From Actinomycetota bacterium (lineage in GTDB: Bacteria > Actinomycetota > UBA4738 > CALAEC01): DNA of 64,000 nucleotides. The stretch lies in assembly GCA_050693035.1 (NCBI GenBank), contig JBOGWB010000076.1:25069-89068 (forward strand), in the 5' to 3' direction. The translations under genes and the position numbers were made by a program. Positions 18,740-27,686 of the stretch are shown here, piece by piece. Each line of letters starts with the position of its first letter. Position 1 is the stretch's first letter. Below the pieces are notes generated by a model. That model was not told the origin of the DNA. It was given only the letters and a program-made list of their open reading frames with translations, and did no database searches.

Positions 18740-19147
18740 GAGCGCGGCCTCTCCACTTCTTGATCACAACCTGCGTCCCCCTGCCCGCCTCGGAGTGAAT
18801 CTCGAACTCGTCCATGAGCCGTCTGGTGCCGGGCAGACCCATGCCCAAACCTCGGCCGGTGGTGAATCCCTCATTGGTGGCCTCATCGATGTCGACGATC
18901 CCAGGCCCCTCGTCACGAGCGACGACCACGATGCCGTCTCTCCCGTTCTCGAAGACGTGGCTGAGTACTATCTCCCCGGCGCCCGCGTACGCGAGGATGT
19001 TCCGGGCCAGCTCCGAGATAGCCGTTGCAATGAGCGTCGCGTCGGTCACCGAGAAGCCCAGCTGCCCCGCGAGCTCACGCCCCTTCTGCCGAGCTACGAC
19101 CAGATCCGAATCGGACCCAACGGAGATGCGGTCTTCATCTGCCACTG
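18732..19147 (-). CDS. rsbT: RsbT-like serine kinase (HATPase_c, anti-sigma regulatory factor family)
   Basis: GTG start at 19147 (AAGGAG 10 nt upstream, overlaps rsbS stop). VADEDRISVGSDSDLVVARQKGRELAGQLGFSVTDATLIATAISELARNILAYAGAGEIV...DEGPGIVDIDEATNEGFTTGRGLGMGL matches RsbT/RsbW-type GHKL kinases. Confidence 0.8.
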
Positions 19148-19509
19148 TCGCCGGTCTCCTTGCCCCGTCGGGCCAGGAAGGCGAGGCCTTCCTCCAAGTC
19201 GAGGGCGGTGCGCACCCCTTCGAGGGTGAGACCCATCTGAACGATCGCGAAAGCGACCTCCGGCCGGATCCCCACGATGACAGCGTTCGCTCCCCTGAGC
19301 TTGGCCGTGATAGCCATGGCGTGAAGGGCTCTCGACACGAAGGAGTCGATGACATCGAGGCCGCTGACGTCGAGGATCACCCCTCGAGAGCGGAACCTCC
19401 CCACCTGCTCGGCGATGTCATCCTGTAGCTGAATGACCTCGCCGTCGGTGAGGGCGGACTGGATGCTGGCGATCAGGTACTCGCCTTGCTTCAGGATAGA
19501 AGCCGGCAT
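19135..19509 (-). CDS. rsbS: RsbS-like STAS protein (stressosome scaffold / anti-anti-sigma type)
   Basis: 124 aa single STAS domain: ...RGVILDVSGLDVIDSFVSRALHAMAITAKLRGANAVIVGIRPEVAFAIVQMG. Confidence 0.8.
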   Translation of the reverse strand: MPASILKQGEYLIASIQSALTDGEVIQLQDDIAEQVGRFRSRGVILDVSGLDVIDSFVSRALHAMAITAKLRGANAVIVGIRPEVAFAIVQMGLTLEGVRTALDLEEGLAFLARRGKETGDSGR

Positions 19510-19524
19510 CCGCGAGACCCTGCC

Positions 19525-20424
19525 TTACCGCTCGTGCTCGCGCGGCGATTCCGCGGTACCCGCCTCGTGGCCCAGCAGCCGCTCGGCCTCCTCGATGCCG
19601 CCCTGCAGGTCCCCAACGGTCTGGATGATGCCGAGCTCCACACCGAGGTCGACGAGCGTTTGGGCGATCCCCGAAGAGAGTCCGGTGATGATGACGTCCG
19701 CGCCCATGAGGCGGGATGCGTTGACCGTCTGAACGAGGTGGTTGGCAACGGTGAGATCGATGGCGGGCACACCGGTGATGTCCACCACCACCACTCTGGC
19801 CCGGTTGGTTCGGATGGCGGCAAGCAGTTGCTCCGTCAGCTGGCGGGCGCGAAGCGAGTCGAGAACGCCGATGATCGGCAGGATGAGCAGTCGCTCGCGC
19901 ACCTGAAGAACAGGGGTGGAGAGCTCGCGGATGGCTTCCTGCTGCTGTCGGATGACCCGCTCGCGCTCCTCGACGAAGCTCACGCCCACCGTCACCGCGA
20001 TCCGGTTCGCGGCCGGCTCGTAGGCATCGAGGATCCGAAGCAGCTGATTGTGATCGGCCTGGTACTTCTCGATGAGCGAGCGAGCCAGGACGTCTCGCAG
20101 GAGGAGAACGATGCCCAGTACCTCGTGCGTCTCGACGCCCCGGGGGATGATCCGCTCGGACAGGTCGCGTGCGTAGGCCTGCAGCCGCTCCACGCTTCCG
20201 GTCTCCAGCGTGTCCACGTAGTTGTCGTAGACCGCGGTGACCTCGGAGAAGATCTCCTCGGCGGTCATCGCCCTCAGGAGCTGGGCATCGGTGATGCGCC
20301 TGACCCATTCCTCGCGCAGGTCGGCCCGGGTCTCCCGGAGGTGCGAGACGAGCTCGCGTAGAAGCGAGATCTCGGTTTCCGGGGCTTGAGTCAACGGCAC
20401 CCCTGCGGTTTCCGGCTGCTCCAT
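19525..20424 (-). CDS. rsbR: RsbR-like stressosome sensor protein (N-terminal helical sensor domain + C-terminal STAS)
   Basis: C-terminal STAS (STPVLQVRERLLILPIIGVLDSLRARQLTEQLLAAIRTNRARVVVVDITGVPAIDLTVANHLVQTVNASRLMGADVIITG) with a ~180 aa N-terminal helical domain; likely start ATG at 20424 (MEQPETAG...), with an alternative 20493. Confidence 0.75.
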   Translation of the reverse strand: MEQPETAGVPLTQAPETEISLLRELVSHLRETRADLREEWVRRITDAQLLRAMTAEEIFSEVTAVYDNYVDTLETGSVERLQAYARDLSERIIPRGVETHEVLGIVLLLRDVLARSLIEKYQADHNQLLRILDAYEPAANRIAVTVGVSFVEERERVIRQQQEAIRELSTPVLQVRERLLILPIIGVLDSLRARQLTEQLLAAIRTNRARVVVVDITGVPAIDLTVANHLVQTVNASRLMGADVIITGLSSGIAQTLVDLGVELGIIQTVGDLQGGIEEAERLLGHEAGTAESPREHER

Positions 20425-20532
20425 GCTGTCCCCCTCCAGGCTAGCCAGGGCTTCGAAAGGGCAACTTTGGACGAAGAGTGTACCTCCGGGCAAGGCCCTC
20501 CCGCACCGCCAGAGCCCGGTGAGGCCCGAGGG

Positions 20533-20949
20533 CTAGATCCCGCTCGTTCCCTCCAGGAACGAGAGCATCACCCGCCGCTCGTTGTTCTGTCGGTTGGGGT
20601 CCACCAGGACCACCCGCTGCCACGTCCCCAGGGCCGGCCGGCCCGCGCGTACGGGCAGCACCACTGAAGGGGAGACGAATACGGGCAGGAGATGGTCCCC
20701 TCCGTGTCCGGGCGGGCCGTGACGGTGCACGTACCGGTCGTCGCGCGGGAGAAGCCGTCGCACCGTCTCCTCGAGGTCGGGCTCGGACCCGGAGCCGGTC
20801 TCCATCACCGCGACCCCGGCGGTTGCGTGAGGGACGAACACGTGGAGGAGACCGTCACTCTCGGCCTCTCCGGCGAACGCCTCGACCCGGTCGGTGATAT
20901 CGGTGACGAACCGGTCGGTGGTGTCCACCGCGAACTCCGTCGTCCGCAT
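20533..20949 (-). CDS. YjbQ/UPF0047-family protein (secondary thiamine-phosphate synthase-like)
   Basis: ...LLHVFVPHATAGVAVMETGSGSEPDLEETVRRLLP...GDHLLPVFVSPSVVLPV... typical YjbQ. Confidence 0.75.
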   Translation of the reverse strand: MRTTEFAVDTTDRFVTDITDRVEAFAGEAESDGLLHVFVPHATAGVAVMETGSGSEPDLEETVRRLLPRDDRYVHRHGPPGHGGDHLLPVFVSPSVVLPVRAGRPALGTWQRVVLVDPNRQNNERRVMLSFLEGTSGI

Positions 20950-20955
20950 GGTCCG

Positions 20956-21792
20956 TCAGAACAGCGCGCTGGCCAGGCGGGGCCGGAATTCCCGCGTGAG
21001 CGGGTGGTCCTCTCCCAAGGCCTCGAACATCCGCACCATGAGGTCTCGGGCCCGGTCGCGCTCATCCCCACCCAGCTGGACCAGGCGCAGGGCCCGCTCC
21101 AGGGCGTCGCGATGCTCCCCCGCCCCCGCCTCCGCCGTGGCCAGTGCGAAGGCGGCCTCCTGGTCGCCCGCCTCCGCCCTGACCCGGAGGGCCTCGCGAT
21201 CGTCTTCGCCCCGCGCCGCCGAGCGCAGCTCCAGCGCCGCGTCCAGCTGCCGGACGCCCTCGGTCGCCGGAAGCTGCGCGAGCAGCCCCCGCGCCTCCTC
21301 GTCCTCCCCCCGCATGCCGAGCAGCGCGGCCAGTCCCAGCTTCGAAGGCTGGTGGGCGGGGTCCTTCGCCAGAGCCTCCCGGTAACGGGCCTCCGCCTCC
21401 ACCAAATCACCCAACTCCCGGGCCCGCTCAGCCTGAGCGGCGAGCTCGTCTGCCGCGGAGGGCAAGAGCTCGTCGACGAACCGGCGCAACACCTCTGCTG
21501 GCTGCACCCCCACGAACTCGGCGACCACCTCCCCGTCGCGAAACGCCTTCACCGCGGGGATGCCCTGGATCCCGAACAGCGCGCTCAACCCGGGGTTCGC
21601 GTCGACGTCCACCTTGGCCAGCACGAACCGCCCCTCTCCCTCCGCGGCCAGCCGCTCGAGCATCGGGCTCAGCACGAGGCAGGGCCGGCACCAAGCGGCC
21701 CAGAAGTCCACGAGCACCGGGACGTCGTGGGACGCCCGGAGGACCTGCTCCTCGAAGTCGCCCTCGCCGACATCGATCACCGTCGCGGCCAC
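20956..21792 (-). CDS. Thioredoxin-domain protein with C-terminal TPR-like helical domain (YbbN/CnoX-like co-chaperone)
   Basis: N-terminal thioredoxin fold with degenerate WCRPC active site (VLVDFWAAWCRPCLVLSPMLE) followed by an Ala/Glu/Leu-rich helical-repeat region. Confidence 0.7.
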   Translation of the reverse strand: MAATVIDVGEGDFEEQVLRASHDVPVLVDFWAAWCRPCLVLSPMLERLAAEGEGRFVLAKVDVDANPGLSALFGIQGIPAVKAFRDGEVVAEFVGVQPAEVLRRFVDELLPSAADELAAQAERARELGDLVEAEARYREALAKDPAHQPSKLGLAALLGMRGEDEEARGLLAQLPATEGVRQLDAALELRSAARGEDDREALRVRAEAGDQEAAFALATAEAGAGEHRDALERALRLVQLGGDERDRARDLMVRMFEALGEDHPLTREFRPRLASALF

Positions 21793-21801
21793 ACCGACCC
21801 C

Positions 21802-22449
21802 CTACCCCTCGGCCGGCGTCAGCCGCACGGTGATCTTCCCGGCTCGTGCGGTGAGCGAGCCGCCGAATCGCTCCGCCACCCGTCGGGCCAGGTAGAACTC
21901 CAGCCCGGACAGGCGGACCCTACCGTCCGTGGAGAATGTGATGGTCACCGGGGACCCCTGCCGCAGCCGGACGCGGACGCCCTTCACGGGGTCGGCGGCG
22001 GCAGTGACCGTCAGCAGCTCCTCGAACGCCCGAACCAGCCATCGTTCGGATCCCCTCACCGGGACCGGCCTTCCCTCACCAGCTCCGGCCGCAGCGACCC
22101 GGGCCCCCGGGGCGGCTTCCTCCAGTCGCCGGACGGCCTCCCGGAGTGCGGCCGCCGCGTCGGCGATGTCGCCGGCTCCGGCGCGCGCGAGGCTCCGCAC
22201 CTCTCGCAGGTGGTCCATCCCCTCCGAAAGACGGGCGCTCTGGTCCGCGATGACCTGGAGGAACCACCTGCGCTGCTCCTCGGGCAGGTCTCGCTCGAGC
22301 AGGGTCGTGGCGTAGCCGTGCAGGAGGGCCAGGGGAGTCTTCAGCTCGTGGACGACGTGGCTCCAAAACTCTCCCTCCACCTCTTCGAGCAGCCGCTCGC
22401 GTTCGTCGGCGGAAGACCGTCCGACCTGCTGGGAACTCCTGGAAGGCAT
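21802..22449 (-). CDS. Small cytoplasmic sensor histidine kinase (HisKA + HATPase-like, no TM or sensor domain)
   Basis: H-box VHELKTPLALLHGYATTLLE; ATG at 22449. The longer ORF upstream is antisense to the response regulator; G-box-like ARRVAERFGGSL. Confidence 0.6.
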   Translation of the reverse strand: MPSRSSQQVGRSSADERERLLEEVEGEFWSHVVHELKTPLALLHGYATTLLERDLPEEQRRWFLQVIADQSARLSEGMDHLREVRSLARAGAGDIADAAAALREAVRRLEEAAPGARVAAAGAGEGRPVPVRGSERWLVRAFEELLTVTAAADPVKGVRVRLRQGSPVTITFSTDGRVRLSGLEFYLARRVAERFGGSLTARAGKITVRLTPAEG

Positions 22450-22524
22450 GGTTGAATTAACGCATCTATCGTAGCCGCTCGCCCGGGAACGGCCCGGCGT
22501 CGCGGCCCCTCTTTCGGGGGGAGG

Positions 22525-23187
22525 ATGGCGGAAGAACCCCTTCGGCTGTTCGTCGTGGACGACCACGCGGTCATCCGCGACGGCATCCGGCTGATCTGCG
22601 ATCAGACCTCCGATGTGGAGTTCGCCGGCGGCGCCTCCTCGGAGGAGGAGGCCCTGGACGGCATCCAGCGAGGCCGTCCGGACGTGGTCCTGGTGGACCT
22701 CCACGTTCCTCCGGGCTCGGGGATCGACCTCATCCGGGCCATCCAACAGCGCTGGCCGGGGATCAAGAGCGTGGTTCTCACGGTCGAGCGCGACGAGAAC
22801 CAGGTCCTGGAAGCGATGAACGCGGGGGCGAACGGGTACGTGACCAAGGAGACCAGCCTCCACGACATCGTGGACGCGGTCCGGCGAGCAGCGGCGGGCG
22901 AAACCGTCGTCGAGGGGCTGGCCACCGGCCGCATCCTCCAGCGATTCGTGACCTTCGCCAAAGAGGCCGAGCGGTCGGCCCGTCTCCTCTCCGACCTCAC
23001 CCCTCGTGAGCGACAGGTCCTGGCGGCCCTGGCGGCGGGCCAGACGAACCAGCAGATCGGGTCGAGGCTCGGCATCAGCAGCCGGACCGTCGCTTCCCAC
23101 GTGGCCAGCATCTACCGGAAGCTCCGGGTGTCGAATCGGGTGGACGCGGCCCGGGAGGCAGTCCGGATCGGCCTGGCGGACTCCTAG
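22525..23187 (+). CDS. NarL/FixJ-family response regulator (REC + LuxR-type HTH)
   Basis: LFVVDDHAVIRDGIRL...VVLVDLHVPP... receiver and C-terminal LTPRERQVLAALAAGQTNQQIGSRLGISSRTVASHVASIYRKL HTH; divergent from the histidine kinase. Confidence 0.85.
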   Translation: MAEEPLRLFVVDDHAVIRDGIRLICDQTSDVEFAGGASSEEEALDGIQRGRPDVVLVDLHVPPGSGIDLIRAIQQRWPGIKSVVLTVERDENQVLEAMNAGANGYVTKETSLHDIVDAVRRAAAGETVVEGLATGRILQRFVTFAKEAERSARLLSDLTPRERQVLAALAAGQTNQQIGSRLGISSRTVASHVASIYRKLRVSNRVDAAREAVRIGLADS

Positions 23188-23337
23188 GCCGCCCGCTTCC
23201 CCCTCACGGTCAGGTCACCCATGCAGAGGTGGGGTCCGTACAAGTGCTTAGTTCGACATCGGGCAACCATCCGATGCAGTGTTGGGGCCGTTCTCCCTAC
23301 TCTCCTGCGTGCAAACCTGGCGCTCCGGAGGCGCAGC

Positions 23338-24468
23338 TTGCCCAAGATCGCGGTCGCTGAGTCGGCCGTCCCATCCAGCGTGATGGACGGCCTGAGAGAG
23401 TTGGGCTACGGGATCTGGTTCCTCCCCCGGGGGGAAGCCAGCGAGACCCTACGCCTGATCGACGAGTTCCCCCCGGACGTGGTCATCCTGCCCGAGGGGC
23501 CCGAGACCGAGCAGGTGGCCGTGGTGGCCCGCTCCTCTCACCCCGCCCTCCGGGTCCTGGTGGCGGCCGAAGAGCCTCGAGTTCCCTCGGAGATCCCCGG
23601 TTGGGCGGATCTGGTGATCGCCTCGGATGCGGACCTCACCTTCTGGATGCTGGCCATGATGGCCGTGGCTCCCCTCGATCGGCCGCACGGGGAGATCCCC
23701 GCCCGCGGCCGCCAGACCCTGTTCACGATCATCGATGCCGCCCACCGGGGGCTGCGCTCCATCGAGCGGGAGGCCCCGGGAAACCGAGTGCTGGGACAGC
23801 TCCGGGACCGGCTGGAGCAATCCTTCGAGCTGCTGCTTCGGATCGTCCTCGACCAGCTCGAGCGGGAGATCGAGGGGTTCGGCGGCCATTCGGCGCGGGC
23901 GTCGGAGCTGTCCCGGCGGCTCGCGGTCAAGCTGCGGCTGTCGCCAGGAGAGGTCGAGGTGGCGGGCACGGCCGGGTTGCTGCACGACGTCGGGATGCAC
24001 CTGGTCGTGCCGACCGACGCGTTCGGCAGGCCCGGCGCGCTCAACGTCGCGGAGTGGGAGGTCATCCGGGCACATCCGGCGGCCTCGGCCCTGGCCGTCT
24101 CTCCCCTGCGTTCCGCGGCCGCCGCGACCGCCGCCATCCGGGAGCATCACGAGCGGCTGGACGGAAGCGGATACCCGATGGGCAAGAAGGGCGACGACCT
24201 TTCGGTGGCCGGCCGTGTCGTGGCCGTCGCCGCCACGTACGACGCCCTGGTGCACGCGAGGCCGTATCGGCCCGCGCTCACGACTGATCGGGCCCTGGAG
24301 ACCCTCACTCGCGAAGCGAAGGACGGGAAGCTGGATCCCGACGCGATAGACGCCCTGCCCTCGGTCGTTCCGAAGGAGCGGCCGGTGGTCCGGGCGGTAC
24401 GGCTCGAAGACGTGGCCCGCAACTGGATCGAGGATGCCGGCTCCGGCGCATCCGGGAGGAGGGCTTGA
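23338..24468 (+). CDS. HD-GYP-domain phosphodiesterase with N-terminal receiver-like domain
   Basis: HD motif (AGLLHDVGMHLV) and HHERLDGSGYP signature. N-terminal ~120 aa has a receiver-like fold (PDVVILPEG...RVLVAAEE). Start uncertain (TTG 23338 or ATG 23383). Confidence 0.75.
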   Translation: MPKIAVAESAVPSSVMDGLRELGYGIWFLPRGEASETLRLIDEFPPDVVILPEGPETEQVAVVARSSHPALRVLVAAEEPRVPSEIPGWADLVIASDADLTFWMLAMMAVAPLDRPHGEIPARGRQTLFTIIDAAHRGLRSIEREAPGNRVLGQLRDRLEQSFELLLRIVLDQLEREIEGFGGHSARASELSRRLAVKLRLSPGEVEVAGTAGLLHDVGMHLVVPTDAFGRPGALNVAEWEVIRAHPAASALAVSPLRSAAAATAAIREHHERLDGSGYPMGKKGDDLSVAGRVVAVAATYDALVHARPYRPALTTDRALETLTREAKDGKLDPDAIDALPSVVPKERPVVRAVRLEDVARNWIEDAGSGASGRRA

Positions 24469-24555
24469 ACTCGGGGCGCCACTGACCATCGAGGGGCGGC
24501 GGAGGCATCGTGGACCATTGGCCACCGCCGGCCGCTGGACCGAAGGGAGAACGAA

Positions 24556-27129
24556 GTGAGCGATGCGCGCGGGAGGGACCGCTCGGAGGCGCGGTCTCTG
24601 AGGAGGAGAACGCGAACCCTGATCGGGGTCGCACTGACGATCTTGCTGCTGGCGATGCAGGCCCAGTTCGTCGCGGGGGCCAAGCCGCCTGAGAAGGACA
24701 AGGAGAAGAAGGGCGGACCGCCCGCCGAGGCCGGGCCTCCGGAAGCGAGCCCACCCCCCGTGGTGGAGCCGCCCGCCGAAGAGCAACCGGCCGAAGATTC
24801 CCCGGAGGAATCCCCACCGCCCACAGACGAACCGGCGCCGGAGCCCACAACCCCACCGGCGGACGGCGAAGGCGGGGGCGGGTCCTCCGGCGGGGGCGAC
24901 ACGAGCGGCGGTGGCGAAACGGGGACCGAACCCGGCACGGGTGCCGATCTGGAGGACCCGGAGGACGGCGCCGGGGCGACCCCGGACGACGACGGGGAGA
25001 CTCGCCTCCGCCGGCTGAGCGGCTTCCGGGCCGAGAGGGCCATGGTGCAGCCGCCCGAACCCGACACCGCCGGACCTCCATCGGGCAGCGGCGTCCAGCC
25101 GATCCTGGTGGACGACAACCCAACGTGCAGGCTGCTCGCTCCTGAGGGGACCGTTTGGACGGAGCTCAAGGTCGAGCCCGTACGGGACGGCACCTTCAGC
25201 GGCGGGGCCCTCACGGTCACCGTCGACGTGCGGGACACCGCTTCGGGCCCAGTGTTCGACTGGACCTCGAACGTCGGAGTGGACGGCGTATTCGTCAAGG
25301 GCGGGTCGAACGGCAACCTGTACCTCTACAACGAAGCGTCGGGCGACACCAGCCTGCACGCGCCGGTCAACCCGAGCAACGACACCTTCTACGGCCTCAG
25401 CCACATCTCGTTCTGTTACGACGTGGACGAGGACCAACCCGACGTCAAGATCGAGAAGACCGCGAACCTCGACATCGATCCGAGCTCGGGAGAAGCGTTC
25501 TCCTACACCATCACGGTTACCAGCGTGGGGACGGGGACGGCCGAGGGAGTCGAGGTCACCGACACCTTCCCCGAAGGTGTCTCTGTTGACGAGCAGCGGC
25601 TACCGGAGAATTGCTCGCTGGACGGAAGCACCGTGACGTGCGACCTCGGAGATATCGACGAGGGCGAATCCAAGTCGGTGACCATCTGGGTCACGGTGGC
25701 GGAGGACTTCTGCGGCGAGCTCGCCAACACGGCGACCGTCACCGCCGAGAACGACTCGAACCCAGGAAACAACACGAGCAACACCGTGACGCTGAACGTG
25801 GACTGCGAGTCGGACGTCAGCGTGGAGAAGTCGGCAGACATCGACGGTGATCCCAGTCCCGGTGACACGTTCGACTTCTCCATCACGGTGACGAACGTCG
25901 GGACGGGCACGGCCGAGGACGTCATGCTCACCGACGTCATCCAGCCCGGGCTGGTGATCGTGGACGTCCCGGAGAATTGCACCATCGAGCCCGGGGAGGA
26001 CGGCGAGACCGTCACCTGCGACCTGGGCGACATCGAGGGAGGCGACGAGGTCACCGTCACCATCACCGTGATGGTCGAGGACGACTTCTGCGGCCCCATC
26101 GAGAACACCGCCGAGATCACGTCGCCGAGCGACTCCAACTCCGAGAACGACAGCGACACGATCACCTTCGAGGCCGATTGCGCGCCCGACGTGGCCGTGA
26201 GGAAGTCGGCGGAGATCGACGGAGACGACGTCGACGAGGTGCCCTCGGGCAGCAGCTTCACGTACGTCATCACCGTGACCAACGAGGGCACGGGCACGGT
26301 CGAGGGGGTCATGCTCTCGGATGACCTGAACGATGCCCTGGAGGGCGTGACGGCGACCCCATCGCAGGGCTCGTGCGTCGTGGGCAGCCAGAACACGCTG
26401 TCGTGCGACCTCGGAGACATCGAACAGGGTGACTCCGTCACCATCACCATCGAGGTCGAAGTGCCCGCCGACTTCTGCGGCGAGCTCCTGAACCAGGCGT
26501 CGGTGGAGGCGGAGAACGACAACAACCCCCAGAACGACCAGAGCGATCTCGTCAGCGTGGACGTGCCGTGCGGTCCGGACATCGACGTTCGGAAGACGAA
26601 CGACGCCGACGCCGACGGCTCCTTCCACGACGAGGAAGAAGCGCTCCACGAGGGGGATCCGGTGACCTTCCGGGTCGTCATCACCAACACCGGCAAGGTG
26701 GCGATCCTGCTCGACACACTGGTCGACGAGTACGAGGAGATCTCCATCAGTCCCGACTGCCTGACGGCAGAAGGTGAAAACGTGCTGGGGATGATCCTCG
26801 AGCCCGGAGCCAGCGTGACCTGCTTCTTCACCGTGGACGACTACGCTCCCGAGCCGAACGGGGAGATCGTGGACATCGTAACGGTGGAGGGCCACGACAC
26901 GCAGAATCCGGAGACCACCGTGAGCGACTTCGACGATTCCACCGTGACCACGCCGGAAGTCCTGCCCACGCCGCCGATCCGGCCGGAGCCGCCGGTGCCA
27001 CCGGCACCACCGATCCTCCCCGTCACCGGCGCTGAGCTGGCGCTCATGGGGCTCCTCGCCTTGGGCCTGGTGCTGGCGGGGATCATCCTGAGCTTCCTGG
27101 GTCGGAAGGAGGACGAGCCCGGGACCTGA
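24556..27129 (+). CDS. Large secreted cell-surface protein: signal/TM, Pro/Glu-rich linker, N-terminal beta-domain, five DUF11-type repeats, C-terminal LPXTG sorting signal
   Basis: 857 aa; N-terminal TLIGVALTILLLAMQAQFVAGA. Repeats each carry ...GTGTAEGV.VTDT... and TCDLGDI.EGESVTI. C-terminus LPVTGAELALMGLLALGLVLAGIILSFLGRKEDEPGT (LPXTG + hydrophobic segment + charged tail). Confidence 0.8.
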   Translation: MSDARGRDRSEARSLRRRTRTLIGVALTILLLAMQAQFVAGAKPPEKDKEKKGGPPAEAGPPEASPPPVVEPPAEEQPAEDSPEESPPPTDEPAPEPTTPPADGEGGGGSSGGGDTSGGGETGTEPGTGADLEDPEDGAGATPDDDGETRLRRLSGFRAERAMVQPPEPDTAGPPSGSGVQPILVDDNPTCRLLAPEGTVWTELKVEPVRDGTFSGGALTVTVDVRDTASGPVFDWTSNVGVDGVFVKGGSNGNLYLYNEASGDTSLHAPVNPSNDTFYGLSHISFCYDVDEDQPDVKIEKTANLDIDPSSGEAFSYTITVTSVGTGTAEGVEVTDTFPEGVSVDEQRLPENCSLDGSTVTCDLGDIDEGESKSVTIWVTVAEDFCGELANTATVTAENDSNPGNNTSNTVTLNVDCESDVSVEKSADIDGDPSPGDTFDFSITVTNVGTGTAEDVMLTDVIQPGLVIVDVPENCTIEPGEDGETVTCDLGDIEGGDEVTVTITVMVEDDFCGPIENTAEITSPSDSNSENDSDTITFEADCAPDVAVRKSAEIDGDDVDEVPSGSSFTYVITVTNEGTGTVEGVMLSDDLNDALEGVTATPSQGSCVVGSQNTLSCDLGDIEQGDSVTITIEVEVPADFCGELLNQASVEAENDNNPQNDQSDLVSVDVPCGPDIDVRKTNDADADGSFHDEEEALHEGDPVTFRVVITNTGKVAILLDTLVDEYEEISISPDCLTAEGENVLGMILEPGASVTCFFTVDDYAPEPNGEIVDIVTVEGHDTQNPETTVSDFDDSTVTTPEVLPTPPIRPEPPVPPAPPILPVTGAELALMGLLALGLVLAGIILSFLGRKEDEPGT
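25430..26600 (+). repeat. Five tandem, diverged ~115-120 codon intragenic repeats (DUF11 modules) inside the surface protein gene
   Basis: Recurring DNA/protein blocks: gacatcga(c/g)gg... with (V/I)TVTNVGTGTAE and TCDLGDIEGG at regular spacing. Confidence 0.6.
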
Positions 27130-27143
27130 GGGGGGCAACCACG

Positions 27144-27177
27144 ACGAAGGGCCCGGGCTTAGCCCGGGCCCTTCGTG
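27144..27177. terminator. Bidirectional intrinsic-terminator-like hairpin between convergent genes
   Basis: Perfect 13-bp palindrome GAAGGGCCCGGGC-TTA-GCCCGGGCCCTTC at 27146..27174 in the 95-bp gap between the surface-protein gene (+) and the CAP gene (-). Confidence 0.6.
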
Positions 27178-27224
27178 CTTCCGGCTCTCTCTCTGGTGCC
27201 GCCTGAGAGAGGAGGATCAGGCGG

Positions 27225-27686
27225 TCAACCCATGAACAGAACGGTCACCCACATCCTGCCGCCGGACTTCACGACGCCGATGCCCACGTACCGGTACGGT
27301 CGGTACAGGACGTTCCGGCGGTGTGGCCGGCTATCCATGAACGCCCGATGAAGGCTCTTCATGCTGGAGCCCACGCCGACGTTCTCGCCGCCCACCGACC
27401 AGTTGTAGTCGTTGAAGGTACAGCTCAGGCAGGAGCTGTGGTGGATGTAGCCGCTCCTGGCCATCTTCAGGCTGTGCCGCTCCGCCTTCAACGACAGGCT
27501 GGCGCTGAGCACGTATTTCTTGATGTCCCTGGTGACACGGGCCTGGTTGTGCCGCCACAAGAGATCTCGCTCCGGAGAGCCCCACGCCGATGCGGGTTCG
27601 GCGGGGAGCGCCGTCAGCACGACGCATATCGCCAGGAACAGGCCGATCCATCCGGCCCTCCGGCGTCGAATCGCCCCTGCAACCAT
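27225..27686 (-). CDS. Secreted CAP/SCP (PR-1-like, YkwD-type) domain protein
   Basis: Signal peptide (MVAGAIRRRRAGWIGLFLAICVVLTALPAEPASA), CAP motifs HNQAR, GENVGVGS, HRRNVLYRPYRYVGIGVV. ATG at 27686 inside the longer ORF. Confidence 0.7.
   Translation of the reverse strand: MVAGAIRRRRAGWIGLFLAICVVLTALPAEPASAWGSPERDLLWRHNQARVTRDIKKYVLSASLSLKAERHSLKMARSGYIHHSSCLSCTFNDYNWSVGGENVGVGSSMKSLHRAFMDSRPHRRNVLYRPYRYVGIGVVKSGGRMWVTVLFMG

Noticed and set aside
20692-22455. 587-aa plus-strand ORF
   Set aside because: Antisense to the YbbN-like thioredoxin and histidine kinase genes; no domain-like sequence.
23449-27138. 662-aa and 512-aa minus-strand ORFs
   Set aside because: Antisense to the HD-GYP and DUF11 surface-protein genes; highly biased composition.
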